DNA of 64,000 nucleotides, from assembly GCF_006345805.1 (NCBI RefSeq), contig NC_043009.1:56978001-57042000 (forward strand), read 5' to 3'. A model generated the notes under the pieces. That model made no database searches. It worked only from the letters and a program-made list of their open reading frames with translations, and was not told the DNA's origin. This stretch comes from Octopus sinensis. Its lineage: Eukaryota. Each line of letters begins with the position of its first letter. Position 1 is the first letter of the stretch. This document shows positions 25,850 through 38,383 of this stretch, in pieces. A program made the translations under genes and the position numbers.

Positions 25850-26570
25850 GACATACATGCACATACATACACATACATATACACACATACATACATACAC
25901 AAATATATATACATACATACATTAAATCGTAGATATGTGCTTACTTGTTTTGAGGAGCATTAACAAGTGCTGCTGATATGTTTTGATCCATGAAGAAGAG
26001 AAGAGACAAACAGAATCCAAGCCCCATTCCACCAAATATTGAACCAACATTCAATTTGGAAAATGGCACCAATTCCAAAGTTGCATTCGTTGTATCAGGG
26101 TCAAAGCTCTCACCAACTAAAATAAAACATTGGAGTTCCAGACATTAAACAGACATCATTAATTAACTTGAAACATTTAAAATTAAATGATATCATATTA
26201 AAACATGCACATACGGTTTCTATAGTGATGGCAGCTATTACAAGGGAGATAATCAGTTCTTCAGATGCCAGCATGGAAAACTGAGGTTAAAGGATGATGG
26301 TGATGATGATGATTAGAAATTTGAAATTAAGGAATTATAAGGGAAAAGATGTACTCTTTTTCTCTCTTTTACTAGTTTCAGTTATTTGACTGCGGCCATG
26401 CTGGTGCACCGCCTTTAGTCGAGCAAATCGACCCTGGGACTTATTCTTTGTAAGCCCAGTATTTATTCTATCGGTCTCTTTTGCCGAACCACTAAGTGAC
26501 AGGGACCTAAACACACCAGCATCGGTTGTCAAGCAATGCTAGGGGGACAAACACAGACACACAAACATAT

Positions 26571-26613
<43 letters not shown>

Positions 26614-27352
26614 CAACAGGCTTCTTTCAGTTTCCATCTACCAAATCCACTCACAAGGCATTGGTCGGCCCGAGGCTATAGCAGAAGACAATTGCCCAAG
26701 ATGCCACGCAGTGGGACTGAACCATGTGGTTGGTAAGCAAGCTACTTAACACACAGCCAGGTTTAATTCTATCTGTTTTTGTCTGCTTATTTTGAAGTTC
26801 GTATAATTTCTAGTTGGCAATAAACATGTATTGCACTGTTTCATTCGTTTTAGAAATTGTCAGCATGACATAACCTGAGATACATTAATTAAATATTATT
26901 TGACAATGTGGGACATATTAAATATGAAAATAATCACAATCTTTTATCTTCTATTTTTTACTTGTTCCAGTCATTAGACTGCAGCCATACTGGGGCACCA
27001 CTTGAAGAATTTGTCAAATGAGTCTACCCAAGAGCATTTTTTTAAAACCTAACACTTAATTCTATTAGTCTCTTTTGCTGGTGACATAAATACAACAACA
27101 CTGGCTGCAAAGACGTGGTGGGGAATAAACAGGTAAATACACACATCCATGTGTGTGTTGTGTGTGTGTGTGTGTGTGTGTGTGTAGGCACAGGTGTGGC
27201 TGTGGGGTAAGAAGTTTACTTCCCAATGACATAGTTTTGGGCTCAGTCCCACTGTATGACATCTTGGGCAAGTGTCTTCTACTATAGCTTTGGGCAGACC
27301 AAACCCTTATGAGTGGATTTGGTAGACGATTAATGAAAGAAGCTCATCGTAT

Positions 27353-27389
<37 letters not shown>

Positions 27390-30050
27390 TTCTTCCCCCA
27401 TCATTGCTTGACAACCAATGCTGGCATGTTTAGGTCCCCTTAACCTAGTGGTTTGGCTAAAGTATTAGGTTTACAAACAATAAGCTCTGGGGTTGGTTTC
27501 TTCAACTAAAACCTTTTAAGGCAGTGCTCCAGGATGGCCACAGTCAAATGACTGAAACAAGTAAAATATAAGAAGATGTATATATATACACACACGACAG
27601 TCTACAAAATCCACTGACAAGGCTTTGGTCGACCCAAGGCTATAGTAGAAGACACTTGTCCAAGGTGCCCCACACAATGGGACTGAACCTGGAACCATGT
27701 GGTTGGGAAGCAAACTTCTTACCACGAAGCCACACATGTGCCTGTGAAAGAAATTCATGAAATGTGGGGCTTGTTTTTTATTTCTTCATATAACATGAGA
27801 AGTTTATGAGTCAAGAGAAAGGACTTCTAAGTGCTAAAATACAAAATAATAGCTGTTTCCAAGGGATTTTATACACCAACTAGCAGTATCGCCTGGCATT
27901 GCTCGGGTTTGTAAGGGAAATAACTATATAAGCATTTTTAGAGAGTTATAGCCAAAAAATAGCAAAAAAAATGCATTAAAAATGGAAAAAAATGATAAAT
28001 TTTTTAAAATCGTTGACTCATTGTAGACATTTTTAGAGAGTTACTTCCTTTATATAATATCGAAAAGAATGCATTAAAATGGAAAAAAATGATGGTAAAT
28101 TTTTTTTTTAATCGTAGACTCATCGTAGACGTGCGCTAATACCCAGAAGGGCTCGATATGAATCACGACTATAAGATACCCGGTTTTGGTTAAACTGCAC
28201 CGTAAAATGTGGGAGCAGTTAGGAATCTAAATCGTAGGAGACAGATACACAACTTGACTTTTATATATAAAGATTTCAGACAGAAGATTAATTGACACAT
28301 TCTCAGGACTTGTGGTCACCTGGCAATCAATAGTTATACAATTTACGTCCTTGCAATGGACCCATTATTCTTTTCTGACAGAAACTAGAGATTCAGAAAT
28401 TCTATTAACAACAAGGAAGCACAAAGAGAGAGCAATCATCTGTGAAGAGAGAGTGATCACCACAGCCGGACAATTTTCATTTGCTTCTGATATACTTCTG
28501 TGTTCTTTTTAACACAGAAATGTCTATAAGAGATACTGCTTAGGACAAATACTGCAGTGAATCAAGCCTTCCATGATGTATCTGCTTTAAGTGTGATACA
28601 CAGATTGTGGTTTTAAACTAATATTGCTTCAGCTGCATATAATGAATATATAGTCTTATTTAATCTGATGTGCAACACAAATACAAAAAAAAAAAGCGAC
28701 ATTTGGGAACCATTGATGTTATTTTATAAGCCACCCGTAACCATTATCCACACTGCAACACCACCAACACAGCCTTTGCTACAATAGTTTCTATATCACC
28801 ACTACTTCAACGATCCCCTCACACCTCAAGCAAGTACTGAAAAGTTCCTGGTTTTAAGGGTGTCATGAAAGGTCTGGTTGGAGGCCCCAACCTTCTGAGT
28901 TCCTTTACAGGCTTTAGGAAAACTGAAGGACTTCTGCAATAAGTGTGTGAATTTGGGAGGGGAATATTTTGAATAAAATCATAATTTACTGATCCTCTTG
29001 TATTTTTCTTTTACCCAAAGCCAGGCACTTTTCAGCATCCGGTTGTACATCACTATCACCACTAAAATAATTTCACATACTACATCACCACTACAATCAT
29101 GCACACTATAAAATTAACCACCATAACAAACGCCCATACTATAGCATCACACTATAACACCACAACAGGGTTACTACTTACGCTTGATGTCCCTAAACAG
29201 GTAGGCACCGACAAAAGACATAATGATGACAGACGCAGGTAAAGCATAGTCAGAAAACATCTCCCTCTTGGCAGATGTTAGGTAGGGGCTGAAAAATAGA
29301 ATGCAATACGGGTATACTGTATATTGTAGAGCGGTATCAATAGAATAAGGCAAACATAACATGTATGAAATATGGTAGAGGAGCAGGGATAGAACATTGC
29401 ATGAGTAATATAATAGGGTCTCACATTTGTAATATAGTAAGCTGAAAAACTACAATCAAAGGGAGATTATGCAAAAAAAAAAAGAAAAGAAAATTCCCTG
29501 CAGGTGTATTTAAAAGCTAGAAGAGAACACTCAAGGGAGGTAATTCTAATAAGCTCAGCAGATTGAACTTTTTAGACATGAAACACAATGCAGCAGATTG
29601 GACATTGCAGATAAATGAAGAAAACAAGAACATGTGTTAATCGTATTAGGCCTCTTTGATATGGAATATATTCAGCACAACTGGCAAGACACAAAATCCA
29701 ACCAGCCAGCCAGCCACATAGTGAAGTGAGGATGAATGCTCAACACCACATTGGTGGATTAATTTCTTTATTTGTGGTTTAACAATGAATTGTTTGAGGA
29801 CTGACAGTGAATAGTTAGAGCTAATATATATGCGTGTATGTATACTCTTTTACTTGTTTCAGTCATTTGACTGCGGCCATGCTGGAGCACCGCCTTTAGT
29901 CAAGCAAATTGACCCTGGGACTTATTCTTTGTAAGCCCAGTACTTATTCTATCGGTCTCTTTTGCCGAACCGCTAAGTGACGGGGACGTAAACACACCAG
30001 CATCAGTTATCAAGCAATGCTAGGGGGACAAACACAGACACACAAACACG

Positions 30051-30098
<48 letters not shown>

Positions 30099-30256
30099 CA
30101 TACATATATACGACAGGCTTCTTTCAGTTTCCGTCTACCAAATCCACTCACAAGGCTATAACAGAAGACACTTGCCCAAGATGCCACGCAGTGGGACTGA
30201 ACCCGGAACCATGTGGTTGGTTAGCAAGCTACTTACCACACAGCCACTCCTGCGCC

Positions 30257-30310
<54 letters not shown>

Positions 30311-33300
30311 TATATATAGATATGTTAGGTCATCTTATAAATAATGTGGGTTTATATTTATCAAAACTAAGATAAACAAAGTTCTTTTTTAATCTAAAAT
30401 ATACTCTCCTTCATTTTCTACAATGCTCTTCCATCTATCCGGCAGACTTGCAAGGCCCTGCTTCCAACATTCACTTGTCCGTGACGTAAAATGTTCCTCC
30501 AGGATTGTTCTGACCTCATCTACAGAATTCATATTTTTTCTGTCCAAATGATTTTGAAGACTGCAGAATAAATGATAATCAGATGGAGCAATGTCCAATG
30601 AATATGGTAGGTGGGGCATTGTTTCCCATTCAAACTACTCCAGCCTTTGGAATGTCATCCTCGCTGCATGTGGCCGAACATTATCCTTATGGAAGAACAC
30701 CTTTCATCTTGAAACCAAAGATGGTCGTTTTTCTTCTAGCACTGACTTAAGCCACTCAAGCTGCTCACAGTCGATCTCCTTTGATATTGTTTGGTTTGGG
30801 TTTAAAAATTCAAAGTAGACTAAACCTGCCATATCCCACTAAACAGATAACACTTTATGCACCTTTTATAGCCTGGGTTGCCAGTGTTTCTCCTTTCCCT
30901 ACACACTGTCTTTGGCGCTTGACATTTTTATAGAGAATCCATTTCTTATCACCAGTCACGATTCAGTCAAAAAAAAAGTCCATCAGACACGACAGCAAAG
31001 AAGAACACACATTCACTCTCTGCATGTGATTAGACTTGGGAAGTTTGTGAGGAACTCACTGACCCAAATTACTGACTTTTCTGATGGCATGCAGGTGTCG
31101 ATGAATGGTTGAATGGCCAAATTCAAGCTTTTCTACTTGTTCCTCAACAGTTACAATAGGATTTTGTTCCACCAGGGTTTGCAGGATGTCCTTGTTGAAC
31201 TCTATAGACCTTCCAGGACAAGACTTGTCTTCTAGGCTATAGTTTCTAGATTGGAATTTCTAGAACCATCGTTGACACTGGCTTACACTTATTGCCTTTA
31301 ATGAACTCAAACCGAAATATGCCAAATATGCTCCATTGTCACTTCCATTATAACTTTGAAAAAATAAGTGTTAAAATCGAACTGCACTCTTCAAAACTTG
31401 CACTAAGAACAAGTACAAGGTAAAATTACTACCTGCTTTTAGAGCAAGTTGAAGCAAGTAGTTTATCCCATCCCCCTTCGACTTTTAATTCATGTAATTG
31501 AAAGAAACCACATTATTTATGGGATGACCAAATATACAGGGGTTGGACAAAATAATGGAAATACCTTAAAATTTCAAACAAATTTATTTTAATATGGGGT
31601 AGGACCACTTTTGGCAGTAATTACAGCTTGAATGTTTCCAAAGGAATTTTTGTCCATTCTTCAGCTAAAAGTCTCTAGTTCTTGTAGTGATGATGGTAGA
31701 AGATATCGACTCCTTACTTGTTTTTTTTCTAAAATGCACCATAAATGTTCAATAATATTGAGATCTAGGGACTGTGGTAGCCATGGAAAAGAAGCCTATG
31801 CTGGTGTCACATAAAAAGCAACCAGTACACTCTGTGAAGTGGTGGGCACTAGGAAGAGCATCCAGCTGTAGAAACCATGCGCCAAGAAACAACTATAACC
31901 TGGGCAGCTACCCAGCTGGTCAGTTCTTGTTAAGCTATGCCAGCATGGAAAGAGGAAGTTAAGTGATGATGAGGATATATACATATATATAGAGAGAGAA
32001 AGAGTGAGGGAAGAGAAAGAAAGAAAAAGAGATGTTCACACAACCATAGTGTTGGTATTCACTGAGGGTGATAATGATAATGGCAATGAGGATGCAAACT
32101 TTAATGAGAATGATGGGACTGATGATGGATATGAGAAAAATGATACAGGAGGAAAAATTTAACATTAAAAACCCAGATCTTATTCCACTTGTGCCAAGAG
32201 AGCCAATCCTTAACAACACTTAGCTAAGTAATAAATTTTTTTTTTTTTAATTAAAATATGGAGGAAACTTACGTATTTTTGAAGTTAAACAAGGATACTC
32301 CTACCCAAAGCGTTGCAAGTAGTAGAAATAAATAGAGGATACTTTTTTCTGGAGAACAGGTGTGCAGGTCATCCGTCAAAGTACTGGTCAGATTATCATG
32401 ACACTGTGTGTTGTAGTATGTGTCAAAATCTACATAGATGCAAAGATATGTATTACAGATGTGCTCAAGCCTAAATAAATACGGGGACATGTTATACAAG
32501 GAGGTACCCAAAAGTAATTGGAAACGTTTTCTGTGAGACAAGCCTGTTGCAGTTCAGACTTTTGCCGCTAGAAGCCACTTGATGCCACCCTCAGTCATCA
32601 GTCTGCTGATCAGCATCATTGAGTGAAGTCATACTGCCACATGGTGCATCATTGTTTTGCAATGCTTCTCCCCTGTTCACCTGTTCATCAATTTTTGCAA
32701 TGGCTGAATCGAAGGAACAGCATGCTGCTGCAAAATTATATTTTCCGCTGGGGGGAAAATGGCAGCTAAAACAGTTATTATGCCTCAGACTTACAAGGAT
32801 GCTGCCATGAGCACAGCGAAAAGCTTACGAGTGGTTTTCATGCTCTGGTGGTGGTGGTCACTTGCTACTTGAAGACCAGTCATGTTCAGGGCAACCATCA
32901 ATCTCCCAAACTAATGGAAACATCACAAAAATCCATGAACTGATCTTGGAGGAGAGTCACTAAACGATTCAGAAGCTTGTTGATATGACTGGTGTATCCT
33001 GGAGCTCCCGCTGCCACCGAATTTTGAGCAAGGAATTTCAAATGAAAAAGTTGCAGCAGAATTTGTGCCTCGCTTGCTCACAGAAGATCAAAAAACAGTC
33101 ATTACTGAATGCGCGTTGGGAACTGAAGAACAGTTGGAAGTTGATCCGGATCTTCTTTTTTGAAGGTCATCACTGACAACGAAAGCTGATGCTATGGCTA
33201 CGACACGGAAACAGAGCAGCAACCAAATCAATGAATGCATTCAATGTGACCGCCACACCAGCAAAAAAGTGCGTCATGGGAAGTTGTCCAATGTCCAGAC

Positions 33301-33707
33301 GGTGCTGATTTGTTTCATCAATGCGAAAGGAAATGTCCACACAGTATTTGTTTCTCCTGGTCAAACTGTAAACCAGACATTTTACTTGGTATAAAAAGTG
33401 GAGGAAGAGAAAGAAGAAGAAGAAAAAAGGGAAAGAGGAAGGAAAAGATCAAGAGGAAGACGGAGGAGAAGTGGAAGATGGAAGAGACGACGAAGAAGAA
33501 GAGTAAGACGAAGAAATGGAAGACAAAGGAGAAGATGAAGATAAAAGAAGAGGGAGGAAAAGAAGATGGAGAAAAGAGGGAGACAAAGGAGGCAGAGACG
33601 ACAAAGTAAAAGGGGACGACGAAGGAGAAGAAGAAAAAGAAGACGAAGATGCGAAGGAGAAGGAGAAGAAGATGAAGAAGAAGAGGAAGAAAAAGAAGGG
33701 GAAGAAA

Positions 33708-33765
<58 letters not shown>

Positions 33766-33815
33766 GGAGAAGAAGAAGAAGAAGAAGAAGAAGAGAAGAA
33801 GAAGAAGAAGAAGAA

Positions 33816-33847
<32 letters not shown>

Positions 33848-36800
33848 AGAAGAGGAAGAGGGAGAAGAAGAAGAAGAAGGAGAAGAAGAAGAGGAGGAGG
33901 AGAAGAAGAAGAAAACAAAGGAAAAGAAGACGAAGAAAGAAAAGCCACTTCTACTCACTCTGGGCCAAACTTTTAAAACTGTCAACAGTAAAAGCTATTG
34001 CGATGAATAATGCAAAGATTTCTTCTGAAGACCTGAAAGAAAGAAAGAACGAGAGAGAGAGTGTATGGCCAGATGGAGCACCAAACATTAGCTACAAAAG
34101 TAAACTTGTGGAGAAATGGGTGATTGCTTAAACTGATAACAAGACAGAGAGGAAAACTGAAGTAACAGCATTGAGGGCCTTAAAAGGACTGGAGGCAACA
34201 TGGCAGACATGTTAAACAAGGTTAACGAGTTGAGTACATAATGAAAGGTAACTGAACTTAGGGGTCACAAAGGGGATTGGGAAATCAGTTCCCTTTTCTT
34301 TCAGTCCCACTCCACAGCACTTTGGGAGAATGTCTTCTACTCTAATCTCTGAGCCAACCAATACCTTGGTAGATGGAAACTGAGTGGAAGCCTGACTTGC
34401 TAAATCCACAATTTTTTTTTTTTTTCTCTGTTTATTTTCTCTTATTCCTTTCTGTTGAAGAGCATAGGCTCGAAACATAAAAGACATTTTCACATTCCCA
34501 AGCATCAAACTAATACACTTGCTTGTTGTTCATACATCTGTCTTCGTCTTTGTTTTTCTATAAATTTCAACTATATATATATATGTATGTATTATCCGAA
34601 AAGTATAGTATGAAATATCCATCACGGCTGGTCTTACCAATCGGTTTTGCTTAAAGAATACAATGGAGAGTTAGGTAACAAATCAATTATATTACTCATC
34701 ATTTAAAGTATGGCATGGGTTGGACAGTTTGACAGGAGCTAGCAAGGCCAGGGGCCACACCAGATGCTATTGTCTGTTGTGGTTTCTACAGCTTGATGCC
34801 CTTCCTAAAGCTAACCACTGTACAGAGTGTACCAGGTGCTTTTTTACATGGCACCATTATTGGTGCTTCTTATGTGGCACCATCATCAGTGCTTTTATTA
34901 CACACACACACATGTGCACATGCGTGTGCGTGTGCGTGTGTGTGTGTGTGTCTGTGTTTGTACCCCACCAGCAATTGACAAACGGGGTTGATTTGTTTAT
35001 ATCACTGTAACTTTGCAGTTCAGCAAAACAGATCAACAGAGTAAGAACGGGTTGATTTGCTCAACTAAACCTGTCAAAGTGGTGCCCCAGCATGGCCACA
35101 ATCCAATGACTGAAACAAATGAAAAAAAGGAAAAGAAAAGACTCGTGACCAACATTACAAACAGACAATAGCTTTCAAAGAAGCAATTTAGATTGATAAC
35201 CGACAGGAACACCACTGACATTGTTATGGTCCTTAGATTCTAAGAAATGTAGGGAACAGAACAAGGGACTGTATGCATTATCTGTAAATGTTAGTGGAGA
35301 GTTCAACACTGCAAACATAAGAGTAAAGGGTAAAGATCCTCTTCGGTCACAAATAATGATGGAGTTGCACCTAGAAAGTTCCCTTTCGAGGCACAATCCC
35401 GGGCAAGGTTGTTTCTGGAAGACCAGCAGTTGCCCATGCATACCAGCCTCCCCTCTCCATGCCACTGATGTTGTCCAAGGGAAAGGCAAAGGGGCCGATA
35501 CAGCTTGGCACCAGCGATGTTGCAACTCATTTCTACAGCTGAGTGAACTGGACCAATGTGAAATAAAGTGTCTTGCTCAAGAACGCAACACACAGCTCAG
35601 TCCAGGAATCAAACTCACAACCTCACAATTGTAAGCTCACAACTCTAACCACTAAGCTAAGTACCTACTTATGCTCAACCCTGTATATAGTTGACCACTG
35701 TGTCAAGATGACCAACTTGAAAGCCAGTGGTCAATAGACAAAACTGAATCAGTGCAACTAAATTAGGGAAACTAAAGAATACTAACTATATAGCTGTGGG
35801 GATGAGGTAAACTGGAACGAAAAGGGAGAAGCATCAACAGCTGAGGGGCCCCACCAGAAGAGGAAGAGGGATTAATGAAGTGAGGAATGTCACACCAGCG
35901 TGGTCCTCTTTTTGGCCTTGGGCAGTTATCGTGGATGGACGCATGTGGACATGTGCATGAGACAGGACCTTAGCAGTAGGTCTAGCGGTAGGTGAGACAA
36001 GTAGGGTGTGTCTTGGATTTACTGCAGCTGGACAGTCGACACTGAGAGGTAGTTGAACCGTATTTTGTTCCTCACATTACAGTCCCCTCATACAATAGCA
36101 AACTGGGCTGGACATTGTATCAAGATGATGAATGATCAGTAGATATTCTGCTGACCACAATTATCAGGATACTTAAATAATTGATATACTCACCTAGTAG
36201 ACCATTGCATCAGGATACTCAGATCAAAGAATGAATAGATGAAGAGGAAGAATGTATTCCAGAGCCCCACACAACCAAACATGGCCGCGAAATCAATATC
36301 AAAATCCTTACAAATACTGTAGATAACTAGAATGGGAGATAAGATAATACGTATCATGTTAATAGACATGAACAATCTATAAGGTTAAATGCTATGTAAT
36401 ATAACACATCATACATGGCACCAAACACTATATCATTACAAGACTGCTACACCACCATCACCACAAAACAAAAGCACACACCATCTGTTTCTTTATTACC
36501 CACACGGGGCTAAACACAGAGAGGACAAACAAGGACAGACAAACGGATTAAGTCTATTACATCGAGCCCAGTGTGGGAGCCGGTACTTAATTTATCGACT
36601 CCGAAAGGATGAAAGGCAAAGTCGACCTTGGTGGAATTTGAACTCAGAACGTAGCATCGGGCAAAATACCGTGAAGCACTTCGCCCAGCGTGCTAACGTT
36701 TCTGCCAGCTCGCCACCTTTGAAAGCACACACCATCAGCAACACCTGCACACTACAATACTATACGCCGTGGTGATCTCATTCTTGCTCACAACATCATA

Positions 36801-37211
36801 AGCGGTAAGTGTAACCTCTCGAAAGAGCTGTTTTTCACTCCTGCTCCAGAGCGTCAGCTGCGGGGTCATTCCGAGAAGCTCTATCTGCGACGATTTCATC
36901 TCAATCGAAGGAGAGGGGGCTTTCTCCGTCCGGGTTGCGGATCCGTGGAATAAGCTGCCGGATGAGATGGTGAAGATACCAATGACCGCTCGGTTCAAAG
37001 TTTCCCTTGACCACAAGTGGCCTGAACTCTTTACATGAACACCACCCTGTACATAACTCCATGTCCCCCTACATGGCCTTGCTTTTTGCTTTTTGAGCCA
37101 AAAAATTAACTAACTAACTAACTAACTAACTAAACAACACCACCATTACAAAATACAAAAGTAGCCAATGAATGAGCCTCTACATGGTTGTGCAACCTCT
37201 TGCATAATGTA

Positions 37212-37257
<46 letters not shown>

Positions 37258-38352
37258 TATTGAGAATTGCATAAAACAATAAATAATAGCAAGTAAATAT
37301 CAAGTGGCTGAGTACTCCACAGATATGTGTACCCTTAAACGTAGTTCATAGGCAGACTCAGTGTAACACAGGTTGCAACAACGCTGGCCCTTGTGAATTA
37401 CAGGTACTCCTCATTTTTGCCAGCTGAATGAACTGTAACAATATGATTTTAAAATATCTTGTTGACGGAGAAAATGCACCACCAGGAATTGAACTCCTGA
37501 CTTTACAATTGTGAACCACAAATGCTAACCACCAAGCCACATCTTTATTTCCAGGTGACTCAGTCAGGCCCACAACTACATTAGGATGTAAGGGCAATGC
37601 TAAAGTTTCCTTTCACATATAGCTCTGATCAAAGGCATTCCAACTTTGACCATCACATTTAGGACTTCATTGACCAACGTTGAGCAAAGACAGTCAGGTG
37701 TGATTTTAAGATGAATTCAGCTTCAACTTCTGGCAAATAACGATTGATTACATGGAAACTAAGCACACTTGGTTTGTCTGGTGATTCTATAAATTGCATG
37801 GCACCAAAACAACAACAACAACAACAACAAGAATAAGAGATAATGGCAAAGCCTTACTTTTGGTGTAAAGAGCCAATGGGGCAGTGGTGAGCAGAACAAT
37901 CTGCGGTGTTCCACCAAACAACGCAAACACTAACCCTCCAAATATTTGGGAGTAGATCACCGTCTCGACATCTGGAGAACATAAATATATTGGTTAACAA
38001 CAACAACAACAACAATAATAAGGGTTTAACATAAAGGAACAAAGCACACTATAATCAGCTTAATCAAACCCAGCGCAGCACTGGTACATATTTATATTTT
38101 ATCTACCTTGGAAAGAGGAGAAACAAATAATAATAGTAATAGTAATAATAATGGTTTCAAATTTTGGCACAAGGCTGGCAATTTTGGGGGAGGGGGGGAG
38201 TCGATTACATTGACCCCAGCGCTCAACTGATACTTTATTTTATCGACCCTGAAAGGAAGAGAAGCAGAGTCAACTTTGGTGGAATTTGAACTCAGAATGT
38301 GAAGATGGGCAAAATGCTGCTAAACTAATGATTCTGCCGACTTGTTGACATC

Positions 38353-38383
<31 letters not shown>

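Noticed and set aside
33382-34010. Poly-E/K/R and poly-S/L/F ORFs
   Set aside because: They are translations of the (GAA)n tract; only 33959-34032 on - is a real exon.
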